Assembly (NCBI GenBank): GCA_905250055.1
Contig: CAJNOF010000081.1
Coordinates: forward strand, 68,003 to 85,425
Reading direction: 5' to 3'
Length of the DNA: 17,423 nt
From: Rotaria sp.
Lineage: Eukaryota
Position 1 is the stretch's first letter. Each line of letters opens with the position of its first letter. Under the pieces are notes generated by a model. It worked only from the letters and a program-made list of their open reading frames with translations. It did no database searches and was not told where the DNA came from. Below, in pieces: positions 1 through 11,466 of this stretch. The translations under genes were made by a program, and so were the position numbers.

Positions 1-402
1 GGACTTGAGGACCTAAGGGTACCCCTATAGTATAGGACTTGAGGACCCAAGGGTACCCCCATCATATAGGACTTGAGGACCTAAGGGTACCTCTATAATA
101 TAGAACTTAAGGACCCAAGGGTACCCCTATAATATAGGACTTGAGGACCTAAGGGTACCCCTATAGTATAGAACTTGAGGACCTAAGGGTACCCCCATAA
201 TATAGGACATGAGGACCCAAGGGTACCCCCATAGTATATGACTTGAGGACCTAAGAGTACCCCGATAATATAGGACTTGAGGACCTAAGAGTACCCCTAT
301 AGTATAGGACTTGAGGACCTAAGAGTGCCCCCATAATATAGGACTTGAGGGCCCAGGGGTACCCCCATAATATAGGAGTTGAGAACCCAAGGGTACCCCT
401 AT
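1..402. repeat. 34-bp tandem repeat (minisatellite/satellite), about 12 copies, truncated by window start
   Basis: Unit approx. GGACTTGAGGACCTAAGGGTACCCCTATAGTATA. GGACTTGAGG starts at 1, 35 and 69 (period 34) and recurs with few substitutions to about 400. Most units carry the palindrome GGGTACCC. Confidence 0.95.
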
Positions 403-469
403 AGGATCTCAAAATTTGGGAAAGACAACCTTTGCGTGATGATGGAAGTGAGTTGGAGTTACCCGTTAC

Positions 470-685
470 CGTTACCAAGTAACGCAGAGTTACCGTTACC
501 CGGTAACTAGTAACGCAAAAGTTACTAGTTACCAAGTAACTAGTAACGCAAAAGTTACTAGTTACCAAGTAACTGGTAACGCAAAAGTTACTAGTTACCA
601 AGTAACTAGTAACGCAAAAGTTACTAGTTACCAGGTAACTAGTAACGGAAAAGTTACTAGTTACCTGGTAACGTAACGCATCGGT
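470..685. repeat. 33-bp palindromic tandem repeat
   Basis: Unit approx. GTTACTAGTTACCAAGTAACTAGTAACGCAAAA. The translated ORF 251..601 shows the same period as an 11-aa repeat (TSNFCVTSYLV). Each unit contains GTTACTAG...CTAGTAAC self-complementarity. Flanks are degenerate (CCGTTACCGTTACC). Confidence 0.92.
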
Positions 686-1171
686 AACGGTAACTTCCCT
701 CCCCTAATTGATACTCGTTATCATCAGATTATTTTTTAGTTTCAGAATTTAAAGAAAACTTACGAATGCGCTTACTCATTGATATTGGAAAGTTACTCGG
801 TAAATATTTTGTTGATCAATAAATATAAAAAAGATTAGCTTTTCTTTATAGACCTACTGATTGAAAATAATTCGGATGATGTTGCATCTATGACGACAGC
901 TCTGAAAGTAATTACAAATCACATGGACGTCTCATTTTAGGTTGCATATTTCTATTTCTAGTTCTATTCATTGACGTCTATCTATTATGGTATAAATGAA
1001 AGTTATGTTGAATTTTCACGCGATGAATTTACTTCTCACGAACAATTATTAAAGAATAAACTATGTGGTGAAGGGCAAAATAATCGTTTTTTGTCGATCC
1101 AAAAAATAGGATTACAAATCGAAGTAATCGAGAAAATGAAAAGATAGTTAAAAACATTCTCTATTTTTCAG

Positions 1172-4100
1172 GAACTCGAACTAAGTAATGTTGGAATATT
1201 GAATGACATCGATAAACAAGTCATACTCAAATTATTTGAACTATCGATTAATCGATACAGTGAAGTAAGTTAGACTTTTTTCTATTAAAAATTTTAATAA
1301 ATACAATTCTCAGGTTCGTTGCACAGCGCAAACCGAACTTTTCAATGTTCTGAAGTATTATCGATTCTCATTTCAAGTAATTGTCGATCGCATTGTCGAA
1401 CTGTTTAATACACAAGATGAAGTTGATCATGATCAAATAAAAGTTTGTCATTTTTGCTTTTTCTTTTTCTTATTCTTATTTTAATTCATTTAAAAATCAT
1501 TTAGGGATGTCTCTACATTCTTTTGGGTGATGATTCTTTTTTCTTGCCTACTAAATATTCGTGGACAATGAAGGAAAAATTGTGGCCATCAATTGCACGA
1601 ATGGCTCATGCGAATAAAATTAGTACACAAAATTTAATTGATGATATTCATGAAAAAATTTGCGAAGAGTTCGTTACGCAAGTCATTATTCAAAATACCA
1701 ATGAAATATCGATATATGCGGCAACAGCTCTATGGCGTCCGTTAGAACCAAACAAAATAGAAACGCGTAATAAATCTAATCAAAACGATATTCAGTCATA
1801 CAGTAATCTAATAGAAACGCTTAATCTATTACTAATAGATGATACACTGCAAGTCTTTTTTCTTTATATTTAAATAAGTTTCTCTTTTGTTATTAATATT
1901 CAGGACTTGGGGTCAGCAAAAGATAACAATATCATTCTTATGTCTTCTACTTCAAAAGTTTGTGCCAATATCATCGTCATGTCTTGAAACATTCGTTGAG
2001 TTTCTTGTTCATGATAATATTGAATTACGAAGAGTTAGTTAAAGAGTTATGATAAAAATGTGAAATGTTTCCATTCGATTATTTTAGTACGCTACAATAG
2101 GTATTACAGCATTTTGTCGTTTACAAAAACCACCTCGACTCTATGTCGAAAAATCTCTTGAAGAAATTCTTCATAAGATGGATAAACCACTACCCGCTAT
2201 GATGAATGATGAATATTGTCCGGGTGATCGTGATGATAATTTATGGGTAACAATCGATGATTATAAACCACCTAAGACGCAGATTGAATGGGAACAAACA
2301 TGTTTTTTGGATAAATCGTTTCATGGTTATTATACCTGGCCGAAGATGATCAAATATGCAGTGAATAAACAAGAACGATACACACTAAATAATATACCGG
2401 ATAACGTGACTATTTTATATGATCGTTTTATTGACAAGAATTTTGTAGAACGAGTGATACAATTTATGATTCTGGACGAAGACGAAGACGGTAGCGAGAT
2501 AAATTTTGATAAAACTCAATTTGTCATGTTCAAAGTAAATGAGATTACAGCTATCTAATGTTCAAATGATAGATTTTCAAATCAGAAAGTATACCCTTTC
2601 GGGCTAAAAATGGAAACAAATACTTTGAAAGCTTTTAATCATGTCTTAAAAAATAGAAAACACAATATATTCAATTTTGACCTTTTGTGGAACTCACATA
2701 TTCAAATCTGAGTGTAAATTTAAATCGGGATTTTTGCGGCTCCCTAGCTTATAGACATCCTTATCACAGACCTTAGCAAATAGCGTCGAAGGTCAAAGGA
2801 CAACAAGTACGTTTGCATAGTAACGTGGGATGATGTGAGAGGTGTATGCTTCCCTAGCAACTAGAAAAAGCGCGTTAGTTTTAATAGCGCTTAGACGATT
2901 CTGGAATTTTCTAGAATCTTTCAAAACATTTTGGAGATCTAAAATTTTTACTATTGGTTCTAACTAGTCGGAATATTGCGGGTTTTGGTATCTAGTGTAG
3001 CGAAATGATCCTGTTGTAGGTATTAATCAGTACGGCGGTTGTATTATTGATGTATTAGAGCCAGACCTAAACCGATAGAGAAAAGTATGAACTAACTGAA
3101 TTCTAACTTTCGGAAATAATTAATATCAGTGTCTCTGTGTTTATCGAGATACATAATGGAGCGGCAGTCAAAAAAATTAAGCGAAAGAAATATATATCCG
3201 AAATAAAAATAGAAATTGGGTACAGTGATATACTGACAATTTATTATCATTGGAGAGCAACTATCATCTGTTAGATTTTCGTCAGTTTAGGTGTTTTTCG
3301 TATTATTATAATGATGTTCGAAGACATGTGAGTTCCACATTTTAGCGTCAAAGGGGCTGTGCTAACAAGCTTTTACATATAAGTGAAATGCGTACGAAAT
3401 CTATTGATTCTGGAAATAGATTTGTTGTAATCATGTTTTTTAGCTAGCAAATTTGTTTTATAGTGATTTTCTTAAGTCTCACATAAATGAATACTTTATT
3501 TGATCATCTAGGGCCTCTTTCGCAATTTCGGTCTTGCTTTTCTGGACAATTTTATGGAACAACTGTACATGCTTATTCATGAAGAAACAAAAGAAAAACA
3601 GGCAGGTAGTCATCGAGTGGCAGCTGAAATAGTAGCTGGCGTGATTTGCGGTTCGAAATATTGGACATTAGAAATGGTAAGTCAAATATGTTCACTTTAC
3701 GCGATAACGGAAGTTGTATTATCAGAAAAATCATCAGTTCGTTTTTTTGCCTAATTAGACGTAGATTCTAGTAAATACAAGATACTTCAGTATTTTTATT
3801 TAGCTTAATGAACTATGGGAAAAGCTCACACCATTTCTCACTGAAGTTTGTACAAATCTCAATTTCGAAATTCTCTCCTACTGGAACACATGCTTCAAAT
3901 ACAGTATGGTCAGTTGTTTACCTCTTAATTGCTTCGCTAAATCTTGTCTATATCTAAAAGGAGAATAAAGATCCTCGTCGTATATATCGACTCATTCATT
4001 TTATTCGTACATTGATCAATACAAAAACAATGTTGAATACATTCAATGAAATATCTCGCTGGACTTTAATAACAAATCTAAATGAATTTCAATGGCGTAT

Positions 4101-5872
4101 TCCATCTATTTGGTGTGAGATTAATGACTATGCCAAAGAATTTCTCGATCATCCATACAAAAATGTACGAGAAAGTATTGCCAGGTAAGTAACATATCCG
4201 AGTTTATTTGTAATACAAAATCAGATCATTATTTTTTTGTTATTAGTATATTATCAATATCAATTAGCTTTGATATAACGTTGTTCAATGGAAAATCGAC
4301 ACGTCACCCTAATACTAGTCAATTTATCGATACTATATGTAAACGATTGCGTCAAGCTATTGAAGTTTATGAAAGGACATCATTAAGTAGGATAGAATTC
4401 TGTTTACTTTTATTTCAATATCATTTTCAGTCAATATATCGGATGAAGCAGTTGGCATTGATCTTGAAGCACGCAAAGCGTTGAATTTCATTGAAGCAGG
4501 TAAAAGTATAATTATTTGATGTTTAAAAAGTGCAGTATATACCTGTTTCTTTTTCTTTGAAATGCAATGTAGTGGTTGATATGCACATGCAATTCTTCTT
4601 CTGGTGTCAACAACCAGTAAAACATGCCATAATTCGTCTTTTTCCTTATGTATGTACTTAGATTAGGCTTATGTAAACATATCAACCTACTAATATAAAA
4701 CGTTTCAACACGTCATTTTTTTAGCTATGTGAAATTGAAAGTATTGCGACCAATGACAATGTCTTTAGAGAAAAATTAACAATCAGTCGACTATATGTCG
4801 GCATGTGTTTTTTAAACGCAAACATTTTAGAAGCACTTATTCAACAATTAGAAGAAGTATATCTTCAAAAAAAAAAGATTCTACAAATTGTCTCTTTTAT
4901 CGTCTCATACGCAGGTTTGTACAAGCCACAAATGGCATGCACGTCAAGCGGCTATTGAATTTACACAAAACATGATCTTTTGCAATATATTTAATGCTCG
5001 TCCTTATGCTAAACAATTACATAAACTTGTACTCAAATGTCTATTTGATGAACAATTTGAAGTGCGAATAGCTGCGTTGATGACTTTGTCTGGCTTATAC
5101 CAATGTGACTACATTCAAGTGACTAATGAAGATCTAGTAGGATGTTCTTGCCTTTTCTTTTCTTGAAAGAATTTTTTAAAATTTTTTAATTGTAAAAAGA
5201 AATACTTTCGTATGATGAGCAAGACTAATTATTTCACCAAAATCGATGGCAAGAAAGTCACATTATCGAACAATATTGCCAAACGACATGGCGGTAAATA
5301 TATATATATAATGATGAAATAAACGAAGTTCAAACTTTAAGTGTTAAGATACAAATTCGCTAACTTTTAAGAGTTACATTAGACTGATTAGGCTATTAAA
5401 AGTTCGGATTTCTTCTTGTTGAGTAAGTCTTTTTTTCAATACTAATAAGACAGAATGCTTTCAAGCAGAATGAATTCCATGTAGATCAGCGTCTTTGAAT
5501 ATTGTATTTACTAGAAAAGCTTAAAAACCATATGTTTCATTAATGTCGATAATTTTGACTATCGTTATAGGTGTTTTGGGACTCTGTGCCATTGTTCTTT
5601 CAAGTCCATATGACATTCCAAGTTATGTACCAGATGCATTGATGCTTCTCTGTGAACATTCGCATGATCCCGATATAATACAAGTGTGTTTTTTCCAATC
5701 TGCTATTATCAGAATATACCAAAGTTTTTGTCTTTAGAAATCGATTAAAAACTGTTTGTCAGAATTTCGTCGTACTCATCATGATTCATGGCATGAACAT
5801 CGAGAACAATTCACTGAAGATCAACTGGCAGTTTTGGCTGATGTACTCATATCTCACAGTTATTATGCTTAA
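1172..5872 (+). CDS. PSME4: Proteasome activator complex subunit 4 (PA200/Blm10 family), C-terminal part, multi-exon; 5' portion lies outside the window or upstream of the supported exons
   Basis: Spliced reading frame with AG acceptors and GT donors (one possible GC donor). Exons approx. 1172-1264, 1314-1442, 1505-1848 (or -1852), 1904 (or 1917)-2033, 2088-2534, 3512-3676, 3804-3908, 3961-4184, 4247-4386, 4431-4499, 4573-4649, 4725-4856, 4915-5136, 5200-5293, 5571-5683, 5738-5872. Peptides recall PA200: [112 protein letters not shown], and terminal [36 protein letters not shown]. Exon phases are mutually consistent. A further upstream exon with LLIENNSDDVASMTTALK may lie near 843-912. Confidence 0.93.
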
Positions 5873-5960
5873 AACTGAATTGATATGATTTTATGTGACT
5901 TATCATGATGATTTTTTTCTCAGTTAAATCAATATTATTCGTGAAATATGAAGAATTAGA

Positions 5961-6107
5961 ATGTGGGTGGGGTGTGGGTTGGATGTGGGTGTTGATATAA
6001 AGGGTGTGGGTGTGGGTATGGATGTGGATGTGGGTGTGGATGTGGGTATGAGTGTGTGGATCTTCTCGGCTACCACACCCACACCCACCCACACCCACAC
6101 CCACATC
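5961..6107. repeat. TGTGGG/TGTGGA-type minisatellite in foldback arrangement (G-rich block 5961-6060, 12-nt loop, C-rich block 6073-6107)
   Basis: Read directly: GGGTGTGGGTGTGGGTATGGATGTGGATGTGGGTGTGGATGTGGG ... TCTTCTCGGCTA ... CCACACCCACACCCACCCACACCCACACCCACATCC. Confidence 0.93.
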
Positions 6108-6108
6108 C

Positions 6109-7307
6109 TCATGATACGATTATTGTTCGTATCAGCTATATAAAGTGTGCCTATATTTGAATTACGTGCAATACCATATGGATGGTCTAATTCATTGTTT
6201 GATGAGCCTGCTGAAGCTGAATAAATAAAATTAAAATAATTTTTATTCAAATTAATAGAGTTGATCTATTTTCAAAAAAATTATTTTAGAAATTGAAAGA
6301 AACAATGAATTCAATTTTTATCTTTTTTTGAGAATAATTTACTGATTAGTCTCTTACTTGAACCAGCTATTTGTGTTCCTGATGATGCACCATTCGACCA
6401 AAACATAACTTGATTGTTGTTTGTATCTGCTATATATATATTCATACTGGAGTCAACAATAATTCCAGTTGGATAATATAAATTATCTAAAGCAGTAGTT
6501 GCTGTTGCATTTTTACCAGCTACTGTGGTTCCAGTTGATGCACTTTTTAAATATTTTTGAACTCGATGATTATCGGAATCAGCAACATATAGTGAACCAT
6601 TTGAATCTAATGTTAAATGATAAGGAGTATATAATTGATTTGAAGCTGAACCTGATGAACTCGTTATGCCAACTATTGTCGAGCTTGTTGAATTCCAACG
6701 GAGTTGAGTACTAGTAGCTATTTAAGAAAATTATATTTTATTCTATTTTATAATGATAATAAATAATAAATAATTTATTTTCAAAAAAAAAATCAATTAT
6801 GATTTATAGATTTTTTTTCAAATATATAAAACACAAGAAAAGAGATGAAATGTTTTCAATAAGCAAAGAAAATTTTCTTTTTCTTGAAAATATGCAAAAA
6901 AGATAGGATAATAATCAGGTATAATATGCTTTTTACTTGTTGTGCTAGTTGTTTTTGTTGTTTCCATAACATGAATAAGTAAATAAATCGAAATGGCCAT
7001 TGCTGCTATAGCAAATAAAAAAATAATTGTGCTACAAATAATAAACAGTGTGTTGAAACGTTTGCTATAATTATAATTTGAATTTAGTTTTGAGTTTAGT
7101 TCAGCTTTGCTTTGAATAAATGAAAAGTGATTAGGAAAGATATATCGTTGATCTCGTTTATCATCAATATTCAATGGTTGATAATAAAGATCATTTCTAT
7201 ATAAAAATGAAAAAAAAAGTTTTACTGAAAATAGAAAACGAAAATTCGGTTAGATTTTTTTTTCTTTACTGCAAATTTCTATTTGATGGTAATTCAACAT
7301 AATTCAT
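6109..7307 (-). CDS. NHL-repeat (beta-propeller) protein with N-terminal single-pass membrane anchor; 3' end disrupted or incomplete
   Basis: Minus-strand exons approx. 7307-7270, 7196-6937, 6717-6358, 6216-6109, with GT/AG junctions and matching phases. Product begins MNYVELPSNRNLQNDLYYQPLNIDDKRDQRYIF and has a hydrophobic segment TLFIICSTIIFLFAIAAMAISIYLLIHV. NHL-like blades follow: NQLYTPYHLTLDSNGSLYVADSDNHRVQKYLKSASTGTTVAG, NLYYPTGIIVDSSMNIYIADTNNNQVMFWSNGASSGTQIAG, NELDHPYGIARNSNIGTLYIADTNNNRIMR. The propeller homology stops at the minisatellite at 6107. Confidence 0.8.
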
Positions 7308-10300
7308 TGATAATTCTCAAGTTGACCAAGGTTGTTCATATTGATTTTTATTATTGTTTAATTTGATTTTTTTTGTTGATGATCGTGGCTGAATACCTAA
7401 TGATTTAGTTGATATATTTTATTGAATATCCGACATACAACGCTTTCCATAATGTTCTCTATCATCATATGGTGTTATCTAAAATAGATAAATAACATTT
7501 AAATATGATTAGAAACAAAAGAAAACAAAACTTATTTATATAATATTATTTTCGATGACCATTGAGAATTAATTCGTCTTAGAACAATTGGCACACGATT
7601 ATATTCATATTGATCCATCGATGTGTTATAATAAAAAAAACACAAAATAATTTTCAAGAAAATTATTAAAATTTTAAAATATAATTATTGAGAAAGAAGC
7701 CGTAATAATATCTTCGATCGTGTCATCATTTTGCGTTCGGGCGTCGACACTTATGTTATTACATTTTGTTTTTTGCTATTTACTATGTTTTCTTCTACTG
7801 ATAGACTTTATCATTGATAGAAAGAGTGTTATTTCATTAATTGTTACAGCTATATTTCATTGATATTCAATGTTCAACTTGCAAAAAAGAATTTAAATTC
7901 AACAATGAAAAAAAAAATAATATAAACAAATAAATTTTTATAGAATTCAAACAGAAAAATAAATATATCATTAGTTTTCTCTATGATCAGACTATAAATC
8001 ATATCTCATATTAGATGACTTAAGAATATTTCATTAAATTAGAAAAAAAAACATCAGTAGTTATCTGAAGAGTTAATTCTCACATCTGAATTTTGAACTC
8101 GATCGTTATAAAAATAAATCAACATGAATAAATATCTGGGTTAATTTATTCTATTGTATGACTAAAAAAAGAAAGTGAAATTTAGTAGAAATCTAACAAG
8201 TGTCAAGATCAACAGACAAAAGCCAGAAAATTAAAGTATAAGAAAAACAAAAAAATTCGTATTTAGTCGAGCTACTTTTTCTTTTCGATAACTTATGTTG
8301 AATACCTATTAACTCTATTCTCTATTCATTTTTAGTTTGACACACGAAACTTTGTTTTTCATTTTTAAAAATGGAGATCGACTAATCTAGAGATTATTTA
8401 TTCATTTTAGTAACTAGAATCATTATTTGTAATTGTTAAATCAGTGATTATCGAAAAGATTGTTGACAAAACAAATTTTTCAATGATTATTAAGAGATTA
8501 TTCAAGAAAAAAAAAATGAAAGAAAATTGATTTCAGCAGAATCTCAAAATCATGAAAAAAATTTTAAAACAATTAATATTAAATTTAAAAACAAAGTTTT
8601 GTACTAAATCAATAATAAAAGAATAGAAATTTTATTAAATATTATATAAAAATAACGAAGAAAAGTCGTAAATTTAATTTTGAGTTATATTGAGATTTGT
8701 TTCACTATTCAATAGAATTTACTATAGAACTTAATAAATACTTGCTAATATATTAAATAGAATGTTTTTCAATATTTGAAAATTTGATTGAATAAGACTA
8801 TTTTGAGATAAAACATTGAAAATATGATTGATTGACAATTTAAATTCTCAAATGAAAAAATATTTTTATTGTTTTGATTATTGATTATTTAGTTATTGTT
8901 TTTTTTTTAGTCTACAGATAGTTACAATAATGCAATGATAAATATTGTATTAACCTGTCAGTTGAATGAACATTATTTTGAATAATTTCTATAGACTGTT
9001 GGATTTTATAAGAATTAAAAAAACATAGAAGACTTTTTTCTAGATAATAGTGTTTGAAAAAAGTTTGTTCAATTTGATAATTCAATTTTAGATAATAAGA
9101 TATTTTTTTTATTATTTCATTTAAAATAGTTTTAAATATTTTTAAAAAATCATTCTTAATCATAAACAATATCTGTATAAATGAACATCGTTTATATATA
9201 TGTTGTCAAGATCAATATCGAATTTCATCTTTTTTTTTTGCGAAATTTTATCTTAAGAATATTTTTATATTATTTTTCAGTTAAACATATTTTTTAATAG
9301 ATTATGTACTAGATCTTAGTTACATATCTATATAAATAATCTTCAGTGTGTGTGTCTGTGACACGTCAAAGATCAAAGGTTAGAGATCAAATAAGGCTAT
9401 AAGGAGAAGGTCCAATGGCTATTATATGGGAATACCCATAGGTCGTGAAGGGAGTATAACACGAAGAGGTTAAGACAATAAGGAGATCATGCTGCAATAG
9501 CTACCAGAGATATAAGGCTATAACGCCAAAGGCTAATGGACAATCAAATTATTTGCGACATAAGAGTATGAGACAGTATGGCTACCTGTCCGTATACTTA
9601 ATATCGAGTGTATGTATGTCCGTTATCGGATGAAAAATTAAACGTTCGTCTTCATACGTTAGAGAAAAAACAAACAGTCATACAGTATGCACGGGCTCTC
9701 GATAGTTTTATAATATAATTTATAGAAATAAGCATAAAAAATGTTCTAGCATAAATAGAAGTGAATCTTCTTGGATCTTTTTTTTCTTGTTGTTTAACGA
9801 TGAAAAAGAATCTGTGTTATTTTAAAAAATGAATAATATCATATTCTATAAAAGTATCAATTTTATTTTTTTTTAAATCTTTTTTTTATCAATGTTATAT
9901 TTAAAAGATAGACATTAACTCAATCATTCTATTGGCATTTTCTATATTCTCATAACATTTAATGATCAATATTCAAGACATTGCTAAGTCTATGGAATAA
10001 CAATGCTTTTAAAATTCAAAAGTAGTTAATGTTTTATTTATTATAATGCCATTTGATTTAGAATCGAATTCTGAAGAAACAAACTAATATAATTGTTAAA
10101 TAAAACATTGAAAATCTATATATTTATCTCAAAATGCTAAATTAAACGAAGAAATTTCTGAAATAATTTTAGTTTTAGTTGATCCTTTAGTGAAAATTCT
10201 CATTAGTTTATCTTGTTCTAATTAATTAGCTTAGCAGTTCTATGATTAATTATCTGTTTATCTATTAAATTATGTATTAATTAATAAAATTTGTTTAAAA

Positions 10301-10418
10301 AACATAATTGACAATATTGCAGATGATGAAAATGTTTATCTTTTGTCATATAAGAAAAAAGATTATTTATAACTCATAAAATAAATCTAATAATAAGTTA
10401 TTATAGTTTGATAAAGAA

Positions 10419-11039
10419 TTATTTTAATTTCGTTCGTATTCTCTGTAAAAGTTGTTGTTGATGTTGATTATTTGTTTTTCCATAGAATATGCTATTATTA
10501 TGATTATCATTAATTAAAAATTGAAGATCAAAATAATGTTGTAAAATATGACGTCCAGCATTGCTTACAGCAATACCCGACCATTCTTGAACGATAGATC
10601 CATTTTTTCCATAAAATAATATTGTTTCGAAGAAATTTTCAACTAATAAACGAAATATTGAGAAATCTGAACGTTTTTGATATTCCGGATGAACAACAAT
10701 TGAACATATATGTAATGAATAATTATCATTAGATTGATCATTCCAATTTCTAATATCATTATCATTTATATCTGTTAATTCATCGAATTCAACTTGAAGA
10801 GTTTTCATAAAAGCATCATGTTTAAGTGGTATTGCACAAATATAACCAATAATACAATTGTGATATTTAGCTATCCACCACATAGAAGGATTTAAATGAT
10901 ACCATCGAATAAGTACTTCAGATGATATAACTATTGATGCATTATAAACTTTTCTTGCTAAAAGCTCAATATCAATCATTGTCTGTTCAGCTTCTTCATT
11001 TAATATTTTATGAGTTATTGTTAATGATGTTGAGTCCAT
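10419..11039 (-). CDS. GNAT-like N-acetyltransferase domain protein, single-exon 206-aa ORF
   Basis: Intact ATG-to-stop ORF in otherwise very AT-rich DNA. GNAT-like segments WWIAKYHNCIIGYICAIPLK (beta strand with xxIIGYxxxxP) and LHICSIVVHPEYQKRSDFSIFRLLVENFFETI (motif A position, VHPEYQ), then a later beta/alpha region EWSGIAVSNAGRHILQHYFDLQFL. Confidence 0.65.
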   Translation of the reverse strand: MDSTSLTITHKILNEEAEQTMIDIELLARKVYNASIVISSEVLIRWYHLNPSMWWIAKYHNCIIGYICAIPLKHDAFMKTLQVEFDELTDINDNDIRNWNDQSNDNYSLHICSIVVHPEYQKRSDFSIFRLLVENFFETILFYGKNGSIVQEWSGIAVSNAGRHILQHYFDLQFLINDNHNNSIFYGKTNNQHQQQLLQRIRTKLK

Positions 11040-11410
11040 TGATTTACAGATTCGATATATTTCAAGTATAAATGTTTAACTTATGTCTAATTATCTAGAA
11101 ATACAATTCTTATCATCATATACATATATAAAACATCATTTTTGAATATCTATTTAATGTCTTGATTGTCAATGACAATGAATAATTGAATATAAATTGT
11201 TTTTCTTTTTAAATAAATATTTATGATAAACCTTATGACAAAAAAAATGATTCGTTATCAAAATTTTATCTTTTTTTTCGTTCTGTTTAGTTTTTATTCT
11301 TTCCCTAACTGTTCGTCAATAATCTCTATATAATATATTCTATTTAAATATAGTTTAATGAAAAGAACATTTGTTTAATGATGTCTTTTTTTTTATTGAA
11401 ATAGACCTAG

Positions 11411-11460
11411 GGTGTGGGTGGTTGTTGATCACACCTGGTCTCGCACCCCACATCCACATC
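11411..11460. repeat. Short TGTGGG-like foldback: G-rich block, about 20-nt spacer, C-rich block
   Basis: AGGGTGTGGGTGG TTGTTGATCACACCTGGTCTCG CACCCACATCCACATCC read directly. Confidence 0.75.
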
Positions 11461-11466
11461 CATCCC

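Noticed and set aside
251-601. 116-aa ORF with the repeated peptide TSNFCVTSYLV
   Set aside because: It is entirely explained by reading through the 34-bp and 33-bp tandem arrays; no start context or homology.
1-690. CRISPR-like array (repeat periods of 33-34 bp)
   Set aside because: The whole period is repeated with no unique spacers, and the surrounding genes are eukaryotic, so these are satellites.
5847-6143. ORFs encoding VGVGVDVGV or THTHTHIHIH peptides on both strands
   Set aside because: Low-complexity translations of the TGTGGG-like minisatellite; only the upstream NHL portion is credible coding sequence.
7430-7733. Possible small gene on - (peptides MDQYEYNRVPIVLRRINSQWSSK and ITPYDDREHYGKRCMSDIQ)
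   Set aside because: I could not join the pieces with a splice pattern that avoids a stop, so support is insufficient.
8912-9169. 85-aa minus-strand ORF in the AT-rich gap
   Set aside because: Composition is F/I/K/N/Y-rich as expected from AT-rich DNA, with no recognisable family.
9378-9560. Possible tRNA-like or structured RNA in the compositional island
   Set aside because: No A/B box or cloverleaf could be built by eye; only reported as a compositional anomaly.
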